Source: an uncultured delta proteobacterium
Lineage (GTDB): Bacteria; Desulfobacterota; Binatia; Binatales; Binataceae
Length of the DNA: 64,000 nt
Direction: 5' to 3'
Assembly (NCBI GenBank): GCA_963724765.1
Contig: CAVRVY010000001.1
Span: 768,001 to 832,000 of the forward strand
The notes beneath the pieces are model-generated. The model saw only the letters and a program-made list of their open reading frames with translations, had not been told where the DNA came from and did no database searches. How positions within the stretch are numbered: position 1 is the first letter of the stretch; every line of letters starts with the position of its first letter. This document shows, in pieces, positions 11,699-24,245 of this stretch. The position numbers were made by a program, and so were the translations under genes.

Positions 11699-12832
11699 TT
11701 GGGATGGCATGAAGTCGAGCAAGCCTTCGCTGAAGCTGTCGAGCGTGGAGTGATCCCGGGCGCCACGCTGATCGTGCGCCGCGAGGCCGATATCGTTTTC
11801 GAGGGCGCCTTCGGCCATCGCTCGCTGGTGCCCGAGCGCTCGCCGATGCGCATGGAGACGGTGTTCGATCTGTCGTCGCTGACCAAGCCGCTCGCCACCA
11901 CCGTGGCCGTGATGATGCTGGTGCGCGAAAACAAGCTGCGTCTGGCCGACCGCGTCACGCGCTTCTTTCACAACTTCGGCGTTCACGACAAGGGCCACGT
12001 GACTTTCCGCCACGTGCTGGCCCACTGCTCGGGGCTCGCCGCGTGGCGGCCGTTCTTTCAGCAGGTCGCGCAGATCGAGAAAGGCGGCAAGGTCAATTTC
12101 ATGGCAAGCCACGGCGCCAAGGAATGGGTCTACGAGGAGATCCATCGCGAGAAGCCCGAAGCGCCGTCGGCCACCAAGGCGATCTACTCGGACCTCAACT
12201 TCATGCTGCTCGGCGAAGCGATCGAGCGGATCGCCGGCGTGCCGCTCAACCGCTTTTGCCGCGATCGCATCTTTCGCCCGCTCGGCATCCGCGCGACCGA
12301 CTTCATCGATATTTCGTTGGTGCGCTCGCGCCGGCTCGAGCCGGTGGCCGAGATGTTCGCGCCGACCTCGTTCTGCACGTTCCGCAAGCGGCTGCTGGTC
12401 GGCGAAGTGGACGACGAAAACGCGTACGCGATGGGCGGCGTGGCGGGACATGCGGGGCTGTTCGCGCCGGTGCGCGACGTTGACCGTGTCGCGCAGGAAC
12501 TTCTCGCCTGCTACGCCGGACGCTCCGAGTGGCTGCCGCAGAAGGTGGTGCGCGAGTTCTGGACCCGCGACACCACGGTCAACGGATCGACCTGGGCGCT
12601 CGGATGGGACACGCCGTCGGCGCAGTACTCGAGTTCCGGGCGGCATTTCTCGCCCGCCGCCGTCGGCCATCTCGGCTTTACCGGCACTTCGATCTGGATC
12701 GAGCCCGTGCGCGCGATTTCCATCTCGCTGCTGACCAACCGGGTGCATCCGCGGCGCGACAACCAGGCCATCCGCGACTTCCGCCCGCGTATTCACGACC
12801 TCGTCATGGAAGCGATCGACGCGGGTAAGTAG
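11699..12832 (+). CDS. Serine hydrolase, beta-lactamase/class C PBP family
   Basis: SxxK (SSLTK), YSD, GHAGLF, GHLGFTGT, LLTNRVHP; TTG start at 11699 chosen from AGGAG. Confidence 0.85.
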   Translation: MGWHEVEQAFAEAVERGVIPGATLIVRREADIVFEGAFGHRSLVPERSPMRMETVFDLSSLTKPLATTVAVMMLVRENKLRLADRVTRFFHNFGVHDKGHVTFRHVLAHCSGLAAWRPFFQQVAQIEKGGKVNFMASHGAKEWVYEEIHREKPEAPSATKAIYSDLNFMLLGEAIERIAGVPLNRFCRDRIFRPLGIRATDFIDISLVRSRRLEPVAEMFAPTSFCTFRKRLLVGEVDDENAYAMGGVAGHAGLFAPVRDVDRVAQELLACYAGRSEWLPQKVVREFWTRDTTVNGSTWALGWDTPSAQYSSSGRHFSPAAVGHLGFTGTSIWIEPVRAISISLLTNRVHPRRDNQAIRDFRPRIHDLVMEAIDAGK

Positions 12833-12879
12833 GCGCGCGCCGCGACTGACGCGACCGTGAACAATGCCGCAATCGAACG

Positions 12880-15399
<2,520 letters not shown>

Positions 15400-15404
15400 C
15401 GCCA

Positions 15405-16868
15405 ATGTCTGACGCAATCTCCGCGGAATCGGCGGCGCGGATGGCGCGCGTGCCGCACGACATTCGCCACATCCATTTGATCGGGGTCGCGGGCACCGCG
15501 ATGGCGGCGTTGGCCGGGATGCTGGCCGAGCGCGGCTATCGCGTCACCGGCTCCGACAACCAGCTCTACGAGCCGACGGCTTCGCTGCTGGCGCGGATGC
15601 GCGTCGAGGTGCAAAAAAGTTTCGGCCCGCAAAACCTGGCGCCCGCGCCCGACCTGGTCGTGGTCGGCAACGTTGTCACGCGCGCCAATCCCGAGGCGCA
15701 GGCGTTGCTCGAAAGCGCGCTGCCGTATCTCTCGATGCCCGAGGCGCTGTGGCATTTCTTTCTCCGAGCGAAGCGGGTCCTGATGGTCGCGGGGACGCAT
15801 GGCAAGACGACTTCGACCGCGATCATGGCGCACGTGCTCGACGCCGCCGGGCGCGATCCCTCGATGCTCGTCGGCGGGGTGGCCAAGGATTTCGGCTCCA
15901 ATTACCGGCTCGGCGCGGGCGGCGATTTCGTGATCGAGGGCGACGAGTACGACACCGCGTTTTTCGACAAGGGGCCGAAGTTTCTCCACTACCGGCCGCG
16001 CGGCGCGATCCTGACCGCGGTCGAGTTCGACCACGCCGATATCTATCGCGATCTCGACCACGTAAAGTCCTCGTTCCGCGCGCTGGCGGCGCGGATGGAG
16101 CCGGCGGGCGTGCTCGTGGTATGCGCCGATTCGCCCGCCGCGCTGGAGGTGACCGAAGGTACGCACGCCAAGCGCCTCACCTTCGGGCTTGACGCAGGTG
16201 AGTTTCGTGCCGCCGCCGTGAGCGTCGGAGCGGATGGCGCACGCTTTTCGATCGAGCGCGATGGCAAGACCGTTGCCGATGGACTGCGTCTCCCGATCGG
16301 CGGCCGCATGAACGTCGCCAACGCGCTCGGCGTGGCGGTGCTGCTGGGCGAATTCGGAGTTGGCGCGGACGAGATCGCGCGCGGCCTGGAATCGTTTCGC
16401 GGCGTGGTGCGCCGCCAGGAATTAATCGGCGAGGCGCGCGGCGTCGCCGTGGTCGACGATTTCGCGCATCATCCGACCGCGATCCGCGCGACCCTGGCGG
16501 CTATCGCGGAGCGGTTCGCGGGCCGGCGTATCCTGGCCGCCTTCGAGCCGCGCTCCAACACCGCGCGCCGCAACGTCTTCCAGGCCGAGTTCGCCGCCGC
16601 CTTCGACCGCGCCGCGCGCGTCTACCTGGCGCCGGTTTATTTCAAGGACAACGATCCGATTGCGGCGGGAGGCCGCCTCTCGGTCGAGGACCTCGCAGCC
16701 GAAATCGGCCGCCGTGGACCGGCCGCGTTCGCCTGCGCGTCGAGCGACGACATGCTCGCGCGGATGCTGGCCGACGCGCGCGTGGGCGACGTCGCGCTCA
16801 TCATGTCGAACGGCCCGTTCGACAATCTCAAGGAACGGCTACTCACGGCGCTTAAGACGTCGGACTAG
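15405..16868 (+). CDS. mpl: Murein peptide ligase (UDP-MurNAc:L-Ala-gamma-D-Glu-mDAP ligase)
   Basis: HIHLIGVAGTAMAALA, AGTHGKTTST, EGDEYDTAFFDKGPKF, DDFAHHPTAI, FEPRSNT, MSNG.F. Confidence 0.9.
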   Translation: MSDAISAESAARMARVPHDIRHIHLIGVAGTAMAALAGMLAERGYRVTGSDNQLYEPTASLLARMRVEVQKSFGPQNLAPAPDLVVVGNVVTRANPEAQALLESALPYLSMPEALWHFFLRAKRVLMVAGTHGKTTSTAIMAHVLDAAGRDPSMLVGGVAKDFGSNYRLGAGGDFVIEGDEYDTAFFDKGPKFLHYRPRGAILTAVEFDHADIYRDLDHVKSSFRALAARMEPAGVLVVCADSPAALEVTEGTHAKRLTFGLDAGEFRAAAVSVGADGARFSIERDGKTVADGLRLPIGGRMNVANALGVAVLLGEFGVGADEIARGLESFRGVVRRQELIGEARGVAVVDDFAHHPTAIRATLAAIAERFAGRRILAAFEPRSNTARRNVFQAEFAAAFDRAARVYLAPVYFKDNDPIAAGGRLSVEDLAAEIGRRGPAAFACASSDDMLARMLADARVGDVALIMSNGPFDNLKERLLTALKTSD

Positions 16869-16917
16869 CGTTCAGTCTCGCTGCGGCATCGCTGCGGATT
16901 GTCCCGCGCCTTCGCGG

Positions 16918-17268
16918 CTACGCCACCTTGCGCAGCGGCGCGGGCTTCTCAGCGCTCTCGACAACGTCGTGCGCGACTTCAGTTCCCTGGGTGTGATGCG
17001 CGACTTCGATTCGCAGCCCGCCGACCGTGCGCGCGGCGAAATTGTATAGCGTGCATCCGAGCCCGACCAGGAAGTAAGTCGCCAGCGCATAGAAGAAGGG
17101 CACGAACAGCAGGATCATGAAGTGTTTGCGCGGCAGATGGACCGAGAACGCCCAGGCCACGCCGGCCAGCGGCCAGCTCGCCGCGAGAACGGCGATTAGG
17201 GCCATGATGGCGGCAATTTTGGCCGCCTGGTTGGAGTGAATCGACGTGATCTGCGACGTGCTATGCAT
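16918..17268 (-). CDS. Small membrane protein, DUF3566-like
   Basis: Two hydrophobic segments and C-terminal LYNFAARTVGGLRIEV resembling the DUF3566 pattern; AAGGGG upstream. Confidence 0.55.
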   Translation of the reverse strand: MHSTSQITSIHSNQAAKIAAIMALIAVLAASWPLAGVAWAFSVHLPRKHFMILLFVPFFYALATYFLVGLGCTLYNFAARTVGGLRIEVAHHTQGTEVAHDVVESAEKPAPLRKVA

Positions 17269-17416
17269 AATTGCCCCTTGCTCCCCGATTGGAGTGCCCT
17301 TTGCGTAGCTAGGCTATGGCGAGCGACGCTGATGCAGGACAGTCTATCGCTCGCTTCAAGGGAAGCAAGAGCTAAACGTCTTTAAGCACCTTATAAATCT
17401 TGACTGAGATATAAAG

Positions 17417-18103
17417 CTATCGAGAAAGCTCGCGCAGAATCTCGTCCAGATCGGTCTCGGCCAGCGAATTGCGTACGATTTCCGCCCCTTTCAGTGCCTC
17501 GGCACGCGCGCTATGGCATAACGCCAGCACTCGCATCCCGGCTCGCTGCCCCGCCTCGACACCGGCGACCGTATCTTCGATCACGAGGCATTCGGATGGC
17601 TCGAGCGGTGGCCGCAAGCGCAGCAGGAAGCCCAGGCGTCCCATCGCCTTTTCGAAACCCTCGGGCGCGGGCTTGCCGTGCTCGACGTCTTCGGCCGCGA
17701 TGATGTCGGCGAAAAGCTCGCGCACGCCGGCGCATTTTAGGATGAGTTCCGCCTCGACCCGCAGCGTGCCGGTCGCCACGGTCAGCGGGAAGCGCGCCGC
17801 GCATAGCCGCACGAAGTCGGCGGCGCCGGGAAAGGTCACGTCGCGGCCGGCGATCATCTCCTGGTAGATGGCGGCCTTGCGCGCGATGAGCGCGGCGAGG
17901 GCGCCGTCGGCCACCGCTCTGCCGTTTTCGCGCAGCACTGCGGTGAAGCAGTCGCAATCGTCGAGGCCGATGAGCCGGCTGAAATATTCCGCGCGCTCGA
18001 GTTCCATTCCTTCGGCGCGGAGCACGCGGGCGAAGGCCTCGAAATGGAGCGGCTCGGTGTCGGCGAGCGTGCCGTCGAGGTCGAAGATAATTGCGCGAAT
18101 CAT
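17417..18103 (-). CDS. HAD-family phosphatase (beta-PGM/CbbY-like)
   Basis: IFDLDGTLADTE, GKPAPEGF, VIEDTVAGVEAG. Confidence 0.9.
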   Translation of the reverse strand: MIRAIIFDLDGTLADTEPLHFEAFARVLRAEGMELERAEYFSRLIGLDDCDCFTAVLRENGRAVADGALAALIARKAAIYQEMIAGRDVTFPGAADFVRLCAARFPLTVATGTLRVEAELILKCAGVRELFADIIAAEDVEHGKPAPEGFEKAMGRLGFLLRLRPPLEPSECLVIEDTVAGVEAGQRAGMRVLALCHSARAEALKGAEIVRNSLAETDLDEILRELSR

Positions 18104-18236
18104 CGGGCGGCTACGGCTAGCAACTGTTCAATTGTTGCGCGAATCGACGCGCGTCGCATCCTAGCAGGATGGTTGAAACACAAAAATCGCTGCGCGTCGA
18201 TCCTTCACTTCGGAGCCACAACAGACTTCTCTGATT

Positions 18237-19430
18237 CTACTTCAGCAGCGCGACGATCTCGCGCTGGGCCGGCGCGGCGCTCACTTCGGCGCGGCCGTCC
18301 TCGATCGTCATGTCGAGTTCGCTGCGCACGCCGAAGCGGCCCGGCAAATAGATTCCCGGCTCGACCGAGAAGCAGGTGCGATCGATGAGCGTGCGATGGT
18401 CATGCGTTTCGAGCGAGTCGAGGTTGGCGCCGGCGCCATGGACCTCGCGTCCGATCGAATGGCCGGTGCGATGGACGAACTGCTCGGCGAAACCGGCGCG
18501 TTCGATCACGCCGCGCGCGACGCGGTCGGCCTCCTCGCCGCGCACCGGCTCTCCGGCGCCGACGCGGGCGCGGATGAAATCGACTGCGGCGTCGCGCGCC
18601 TCGGCCACGATCGAAAACACGCGCGCGTATTCCTCGGGCACCCGTTCGCCCGCGAACGCCATCCAGGTCAGGTCGGCGTAGATGGCCGCGGGACCGGGCT
18701 CCTTGGCCCACAGGTCGAGCAGCACCAGGTCGCCGCGCCGGATCGGCGTATCGCCTGCGGCCGACGGCTCGAAGTGCGGGCGCGCGGCGCTGGTGTTGAC
18801 CGCGACGATCGGCGGATCGTCGGCAACGAGGCCATGCGCGGCGAAACGCGCGAGCACGAATTGTTGCGCTGAGTATTCCGAGTATTGAATGGCCGGTGCG
18901 CCCGAAGCGATCGAACGCGCGATTTCGGCGAAGGTCTCGTCTACTACGCGGCGCACTATCGCCGCGGCGCGCCGATGGCTCTCAAGCTGCGCCGGTTCGA
19001 GCCGCGCCTCGAAGCGCTGGATCAGGTCGGCGGCCGAGGCTACTTCAACGCCGAGCGAGCGGACCATTTCCACCGTGCCGGCATCGACACGGGCGACGTA
19101 CGGAATCGCGCATCGCGGCGAGTAGTTCATCGCGATTCGCCGCGCGCCGTCCAGAAAGTCTCCGAGCGCGGCGAGCATGCCGTCCGCCGAACGATAAACA
19201 ATCGTCTCGACTCCCAGTTCCGCCAGGCGCTCGGCCTCGACCGCCGAGACCAGCGCGCGCGGCGCGCCATGCGCCGGCACATAGCAGAACCATCGCCGGG
19301 TCGTTATCCCTTCTTTGTTGAGCCCGAGAATCCTATAGGCGAGCGGATCGCTGTGGCGGAAATCATAGAACAGCCATCCGTCGAGAGTGGCGTCGGCAAG
19401 CGCGCGGGCGATTTCCTCCAGCCGTCGCAT
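18237..19430 (-). CDS. M24 family (Xaa-Pro) aminopeptidase
   Basis: LDLWAK, ADLT, HRTGHSIG, FSVEPGIY, GVRSE metal ligands. Confidence 0.9.
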   Translation of the reverse strand: MRRLEEIARALADATLDGWLFYDFRHSDPLAYRILGLNKEGITTRRWFCYVPAHGAPRALVSAVEAERLAELGVETIVYRSADGMLAALGDFLDGARRIAMNYSPRCAIPYVARVDAGTVEMVRSLGVEVASAADLIQRFEARLEPAQLESHRRAAAIVRRVVDETFAEIARSIASGAPAIQYSEYSAQQFVLARFAAHGLVADDPPIVAVNTSAARPHFEPSAAGDTPIRRGDLVLLDLWAKEPGPAAIYADLTWMAFAGERVPEEYARVFSIVAEARDAAVDFIRARVGAGEPVRGEEADRVARGVIERAGFAEQFVHRTGHSIGREVHGAGANLDSLETHDHRTLIDRTCFSVEPGIYLPGRFGVRSELDMTIEDGRAEVSAAPAQREIVALLK

Positions 19431-19444
19431 CGCGGAGCGCCGCC

Positions 19445-19936
19445 CTAACTGGATTGAGGACGCGTCGCGCCCGGCGCGGCGGGCTTGAAGCGCTCGCCCC
19501 AGACGTGGACGCGCGTCGGATCGATACGCACGACGGGATTGTTCTCGATACTGAGCGCCATCGCGCGGTACTGCGGATACTTGTCGCGCAGGCTCCGCAG
19601 CGCGAGCAGATATTCCTCACGATCGTCGACCACGCTGGCGTGCCCATGGATCAGCACGTACGCAAGATTGCTCCAGTGCTCCTCGTAGTGGTCGACGACC
19701 AGGGCGACGCTGGGATTGGCCGCGATATTGCGCATCCGGCGCAGCGCCATCGCGCGTCCGCGCTTGGGTTTCTCGTCGATCGCGAAGTAAAAGCGCGCGC
19801 CGTCGAACCAGAAGCACAGCGGCACGTTATGCGGAACGCCCGCGGCGTCGGCGGTGGCGAGGTGTCCGATGCGCGCGAAGGTCAGGAAGTCGCGCACCGC
19901 GGCCACGCCCAGCAGCGCTATTGAATCCGTAGGCAT
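19445..19936 (-). CDS. PPOX-class, probably F420-dependent oxidoreductase (Rv0121-like)
   Basis: GHLATADAAGVPHNVP, AIDEKPK, LRRMRNIAANPSVALVVDHYEEHW; ATG overlaps the lptG stop. Confidence 0.8.
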   Translation of the reverse strand: MPTDSIALLGVAAVRDFLTFARIGHLATADAAGVPHNVPLCFWFDGARFYFAIDEKPKRGRAMALRRMRNIAANPSVALVVDHYEEHWSNLAYVLIHGHASVVDDREEYLLALRSLRDKYPQYRAMALSIENNPVVRIDPTRVHVWGERFKPAAPGATRPQSS

Positions 19937-21036
19937 CAGCGTTCCTCGCCGAACAGGAAGAGCGAAGCGGCCAGGATGGTGAACGTCAGGTTGGGGATCC
20001 AGGCGGCGAGCCACGGCGCCATCAGGCCGGAGCGGCCGAGCGACGAAGTCAAGCCGAACATCAGCCAGTAACCGAAGCCGATCGCGATCGCCAGCGTGAA
20101 GCTGCGCCCGATGCTGAGGCTGCGCGGCAACGGGTCGAGGCTGAGCGCCAGGCCCAGCGCCGCCATGATCACGCACGCCAGCGGCATCGCGTACTTAAGA
20201 TCGCGATCGACGAAATAGCCTCCCGGGTCGAGCCCCTTGTGCCGCAGGTTGTGGATATACGAATCGAGTTGCCAGAGGCTGAATTCGTCGGGATCCATCC
20301 GGAGCAGGCTGAAGTCGGCCGGATTGACGTCGATACGAAACGGACCGGGAACGGTCGTCACGACCTTACCTCCGGGGATCAGCTTGAACGCCGTCAACTC
20401 AATGGGCCGCCATTGCCGCCCGTTCCACTCGGCAGATGGAGCGTGCTCCACTTGCGTGAGCAGGTAGTCGTGGCCGACGCGGTAGAGCGTGACGCCGTGG
20501 AGCATCTTTTTATGGCCGTCATAGTCGTCGGCGCTCATAAAGCCGTCGGTCACGCGCACCCAGATGCGGCGGTTGAAGAAGATGCCGTAAATTTTTCGCC
20601 GCTGCAGTTGCACCTGGTAAAGATGCTTCGCCTCGCGGGTGGCGACCGGCACCACCGTCTCGCTGATCGCAAAGTCGGCGATCGAAATCATCGCCGCCAG
20701 CAGCAGCACCGGCACCGCCATCTCAAAGCGGCTGATGCCGAGTTGCTGGCAGGCGAGCACCTCGCCCGTGCGGTTGAGCAGTGCGAAGCCGAGCAGCACG
20801 CCGGCCAGCGAGGCGACCGGGAGCAATTGCGAAACGATCAGCGGGAGCTTCAGCGCGAAGTACTCCAAGCCCAGCAGGCCGAATCCGCCATAACGCATCA
20901 GGTCGTCGAAGCGGTCGAAGATGTCGCCCAGCAGATAGGCGGCGGTGAAGGCCGCCAGGCAGACGAAGAACGGGCCGAGAAAATGGCCGCCCAGAAAACG
21001 GTCGAGCGTCGGCGAGAGCCGCGGACGCAGTTTCAT
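19936..21036 (-). CDS. lptG: LPS export ABC transporter permease LptG
   Basis: TLDRFL, LNRTGEVLA..GIS, AAWIPNL; LptF/G topology; ATGA overlap with lptF. Confidence 0.85.
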   Translation of the reverse strand: MKLRPRLSPTLDRFLGGHFLGPFFVCLAAFTAAYLLGDIFDRFDDLMRYGGFGLLGLEYFALKLPLIVSQLLPVASLAGVLLGFALLNRTGEVLACQQLGISRFEMAVPVLLLAAMISIADFAISETVVPVATREAKHLYQVQLQRRKIYGIFFNRRIWVRVTDGFMSADDYDGHKKMLHGVTLYRVGHDYLLTQVEHAPSAEWNGRQWRPIELTAFKLIPGGKVVTTVPGPFRIDVNPADFSLLRMDPDEFSLWQLDSYIHNLRHKGLDPGGYFVDRDLKYAMPLACVIMAALGLALSLDPLPRSLSIGRSFTLAIAIGFGYWLMFGLTSSLGRSGLMAPWLAAWIPNLTFTILAASLFLFGEER

Positions 21037-22208
21037 GCGGCCTCCTTGTGGCCGAAGCGCTCGATAAGGTCCCAGATGAGGTCGCCCGGGCCGCGCCCCT
21101 GATCGTCGCGGTCGGTCGCGCTGCGGTAGAACATCCAAACCGCGAGTCCCAGGAACACCACGTCAGGAATCGCCATCGCGGCCAGCGCGTTGAGCATTCC
21201 GCGCTCGGCCAGCGTCCGTCCCAGCCGCATCAGCATGTAGTACAAAAAGAACAGCGCGATCGCGACGCCGAAGCGTTCCGATTGTCCCCCGCGCGCGGGC
21301 TTGAGTCCCAGCGGCACACCGAGCAGAGCGAACAGCAGCGTCGCCAGCGGCACCGTGTACTTGCCCGCCATCTCGGCCTCTGCCAGATGGTCCGGCTGAT
21401 GCGCAGCGCGCGCCTTGGCGATCACTCCCTTGAGCTCCCGGTAAGTCATTTCTTCGGGTTGCTGGCTCTCTTCGATCAGGCCGCTCTGCGGCTCCACGTT
21501 AAGGTCGTAGATGAGGAAGCTGGTGATGTGGCTGGCGTGGGTGGAGGGATCGACGCCGAAGACCGATCCGTCGAACAGGCGCAAAGTGATGTTCTCGTTG
21601 TTTTCGTCGGGCACGATGATTCCGCGCTCCGCGATGATCGTGTTCTGCTGCTCTCTGCTGCGCGCGTCGGAGATCAAAACGCCCTGCAGCGAGCCATTGT
21701 TGTTCGAGATGTGATCGACGTAGAGCACCAGGCCGGGGAAGCTGTTGTCGAAGACTTTCTCCTTAAGGCCGGCGGTCGAGCGCGTGCGGGTGAGCCGGTA
21801 GAGCTCGGCCTGAAGATTGGAATTGGCCCACGGCCGCACGGAAAACGCGAACCAACTCGCTATCGCGTAGACCACCAGCGCCACCGCGATCACCGGGATC
21901 GCGAGCCGGTAAAGGCTGATGCCACAGGCGCGGGCGGCGATAAGCTCGCGGTCGCCCGACATCCGTCCGAAACCGAGCAGCACGCCGAGCAGCACCGCCA
22001 TCGGAAAGGTCAGCTCGAGAAAGGCGGGCATGATGTAGCCGATAAGGCTCATCACCTGGCCAAGCCCGACGCCGTGATTGACCACCATCTCGGTCAGCTT
22101 GAGCAGCTTGCCAGTGACCAGCGCGAAGGTCAGCAGTCCGACGCCCATCACGAACGGTCCGATGACCTCGGCGGCGACGTAGCGGTCGATGATTCGCGGC
22201 TTGAGCAT
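21033..22208 (-). CDS. lptF: LPS export ABC transporter permease LptF
   Basis: IIDRYV, TFPMAVLLGVLLGFGRMSGDRELIAARACGIS; paired with lptG. Confidence 0.9.
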   Translation of the reverse strand: MLKPRIIDRYVAAEVIGPFVMGVGLLTFALVTGKLLKLTEMVVNHGVGLGQVMSLIGYIMPAFLELTFPMAVLLGVLLGFGRMSGDRELIAARACGISLYRLAIPVIAVALVVYAIASWFAFSVRPWANSNLQAELYRLTRTRSTAGLKEKVFDNSFPGLVLYVDHISNNNGSLQGVLISDARSREQQNTIIAERGIIVPDENNENITLRLFDGSVFGVDPSTHASHITSFLIYDLNVEPQSGLIEESQQPEEMTYRELKGVIAKARAAHQPDHLAEAEMAGKYTVPLATLLFALLGVPLGLKPARGGQSERFGVAIALFFLYYMLMRLGRTLAERGMLNALAAMAIPDVVFLGLAVWMFYRSATDRDDQGRGPGDLIWDLIERFGHKEAA

Positions 22209-22294
22209 TGTCTAAAGAGACGCGCGTATCGTAAGTACGCACACAAGTCTAGACGGATGCAGCCGGCAAGCAAACCATCACTGGCAAGCGAACC

Positions 22295-22322
22295 AATAGA
22301 GGAGCGCGCGCGCTCCTCTATT
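22295..22322. repeat. Perfect 28-bp palindrome in the divergent lptF/rlmB spacer
   Basis: AATAGAGGAGCGCG/CGCGCTCCTCTATT with no loop. Confidence 0.85.
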
Positions 22323-22417
22323 TGGCGGCCAACCTGCGCCGGCCTCGTGCGCGGCGACAGATCATTTTCAGTTTATCACTGTCGCCGCGCGCGGCGGCCG
22401 ACTATGATCGGGCGGCG

Positions 22418-23365
22418 ATGAAGCATCGCCGCCCGAATCCGCCGGGCGGTCCGCGGCGCGCCCGCCCCCAGGGCGGGCGCGCCGCGGTTCCGCCGCGGCC
22501 ACAGACTGCTGCCACGGCCGCGCCGCCGCCCGAGGCGGCGGCGCGGCCGTGGCAGCAGCACGCAGCGCCGGAGCGTCGGGCGCCCGCCTCGGCGGCGCCC
22601 GGCGCTCCGGCGCGCGACCTGGTGTTCGGCGCGGAGCCGGTGCATGAGCTTATCGGCGCCGCGCCGGGCGCGGTGCGCACGCTTTACGTGCGCGCCGACC
22701 TGCAGGCGCGCTTCGCCGGCGATATCGAACGCGTGCGCGCCGCCGGCGGCCACGTCGTGGCCGCGGAGGCGGGAGCGCTCGTGCGGATGGCGGGCGGTGA
22801 GTCGCGACATCAGGGCGTCGTCGCCCTGATTCGCGAATACAGCTACGCGGCGTTCGAGGACGTAGTGGCGGGGGCGCCCGACCCGCTGCTGCTGGTCGAC
22901 GGCGTGACCGACCCGCGCAACCTGGGCGCGCTTTTGCGCTCGGCCGAAGGCGCCGGGGTGGACAGCGTGGTGCTCGCGCGCGACCGCACTGCGGCGGTCA
23001 CGCCGGCGGCGATAAAATCGTCGTCGGGTGCGTGGGTGCATCTCAGGATCGCGCGATGCGGCAACGTTGCGCGCGCGATGGAGGATCTCAAGCAGGCCGG
23101 CTACTGGATCGCCGCGCTTGCGCCCGAGGGCGATCTCGAAATCTACGAACTGGATACGACCCGCCGGCTCGCGTTGATAGTGGGCTCCGAGGGCCGCGGC
23201 GTGCGCGAGATCGTCAGGAAGAACTCTGATTTCGTGGTGCGGATTCCGATGTACGGAAAAGTCGGATCGCTCAACGTCTCGGTGGCGGCTGCGGTCGCGT
23301 TGTTCGAGATTGCGCGCCGGCGCGCCGCGGCGCGGGCGGCGGCGGCGGCCGGCACGCCGGCGTAA
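22418..23365 (+). CDS. rlmB: 23S rRNA Gm2251 methyltransferase (SpoU/TrmH family)
   Basis: HQGVVA, DGVTDPRNLGALLRSA, VGSEGRG, IPMYGKVGSLNVSVA; start uncertain because of a low-complexity N-terminus. Confidence 0.88.
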   Translation: MKHRRPNPPGGPRRARPQGGRAAVPPRPQTAATAAPPPEAAARPWQQHAAPERRAPASAAPGAPARDLVFGAEPVHELIGAAPGAVRTLYVRADLQARFAGDIERVRAAGGHVVAAEAGALVRMAGGESRHQGVVALIREYSYAAFEDVVAGAPDPLLLVDGVTDPRNLGALLRSAEGAGVDSVVLARDRTAAVTPAAIKSSSGAWVHLRIARCGNVARAMEDLKQAGYWIAALAPEGDLEIYELDTTRRLALIVGSEGRGVREIVRKNSDFVVRIPMYGKVGSLNVSVAAAVALFEIARRRAAARAAAAAGTPA

Positions 23366-23428
23366 TTCGTCACATATCGCGCGAGTGCGGCTTCACAGGC
23401 TCCGGATTTCCCAAGCGGGCGGTTTCGA

Positions 23429-24121
23429 TCAGCGGCGTTCGTGCTGCTTGGAGCCGTAGAGTATCGCCCGCTCTTCTTCGGTGAGCGGCTTGTGCGGCTG
23501 ATCGGCCATCACGGCCATGCCCTTTACGACGGCCGGCCGGGCCGCAATCGCGTCGATCCAGCGCTTGAGATTCGGCCGCGTGTCCAACTGCTCGGGCTGC
23601 GCCTTGAGCGCGGCGACGATCCACGGATAGGTTGCGATGTCGGCGATCGAATAGTCGCCCGCCATGTAGGGGCTCTCGGCCAGGCGTTTGTCCAGCACGT
23701 TGAAAAGGCGATGCGACTCGTTGGTGTAGCGCTCGATCGCGTAGGGAATTTTCTCGGGCGCGGCGTTGCGGAAATGGCCCGCCTGGCCGAGCATCGGGCC
23801 AACGTTGGCCATCTGGAACATCAACCACTCGACTACCCGGTAACGCGCGCGTATCTCGGACGGCATCAGCTTGCCGGTCTTCTCGGCGAGATAGAGCAGA
23901 ATCGCGCCCGACTCGAAGAGCGAGAACGGTTTTCCTCCGGGCCCGTCGGAATCCACGATCGCCGGCATCCGGTTGTTCGGGCTGATTTTCAAAAACTCGG
24001 GCGTGAACTGCTCGCCCTTGCGGATATTAACCGGAACGATTCGGTATTCGAGTCCGGTCTCTTCGAGGAAAATCGTGATTTTGTGCCCGTTGGGGGTCGG
24101 CCAATAATAGAGGTCGATCAT
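23429..24121 (-). CDS. Glutathione S-transferase, Nu class (YfcG/YghU-like)
   Basis: MIDLYYWPTPNGHKI, ISPNNRMPAI, FESGAILLYLAEK, YSIADIA. Confidence 0.92.
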   Translation of the reverse strand: MIDLYYWPTPNGHKITIFLEETGLEYRIVPVNIRKGEQFTPEFLKISPNNRMPAIVDSDGPGGKPFSLFESGAILLYLAEKTGKLMPSEIRARYRVVEWLMFQMANVGPMLGQAGHFRNAAPEKIPYAIERYTNESHRLFNVLDKRLAESPYMAGDYSIADIATYPWIVAALKAQPEQLDTRPNLKRWIDAIAARPAVVKGMAVMADQPHKPLTEEERAILYGSKQHERR

Positions 24122-24245
24122 TTTGACTCCTGCTGTTGCCGAAATTCCGAAGAGCTACGGGCCAACTCCAACACAGTCCGTGATGGATCGTCAACGCGCG
24201 GCCACTTTGGGGCCTCCATACGAGAAGTCATGAGCCTTTACGTGC

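Noticed and set aside
11699-12832. Beta-lactamase-fold gene as an antibiotic resistance gene
   Set aside because: The YSD/GHLGFTG pattern and ldcA/mpl context point to a peptidoglycan-recycling hydrolase
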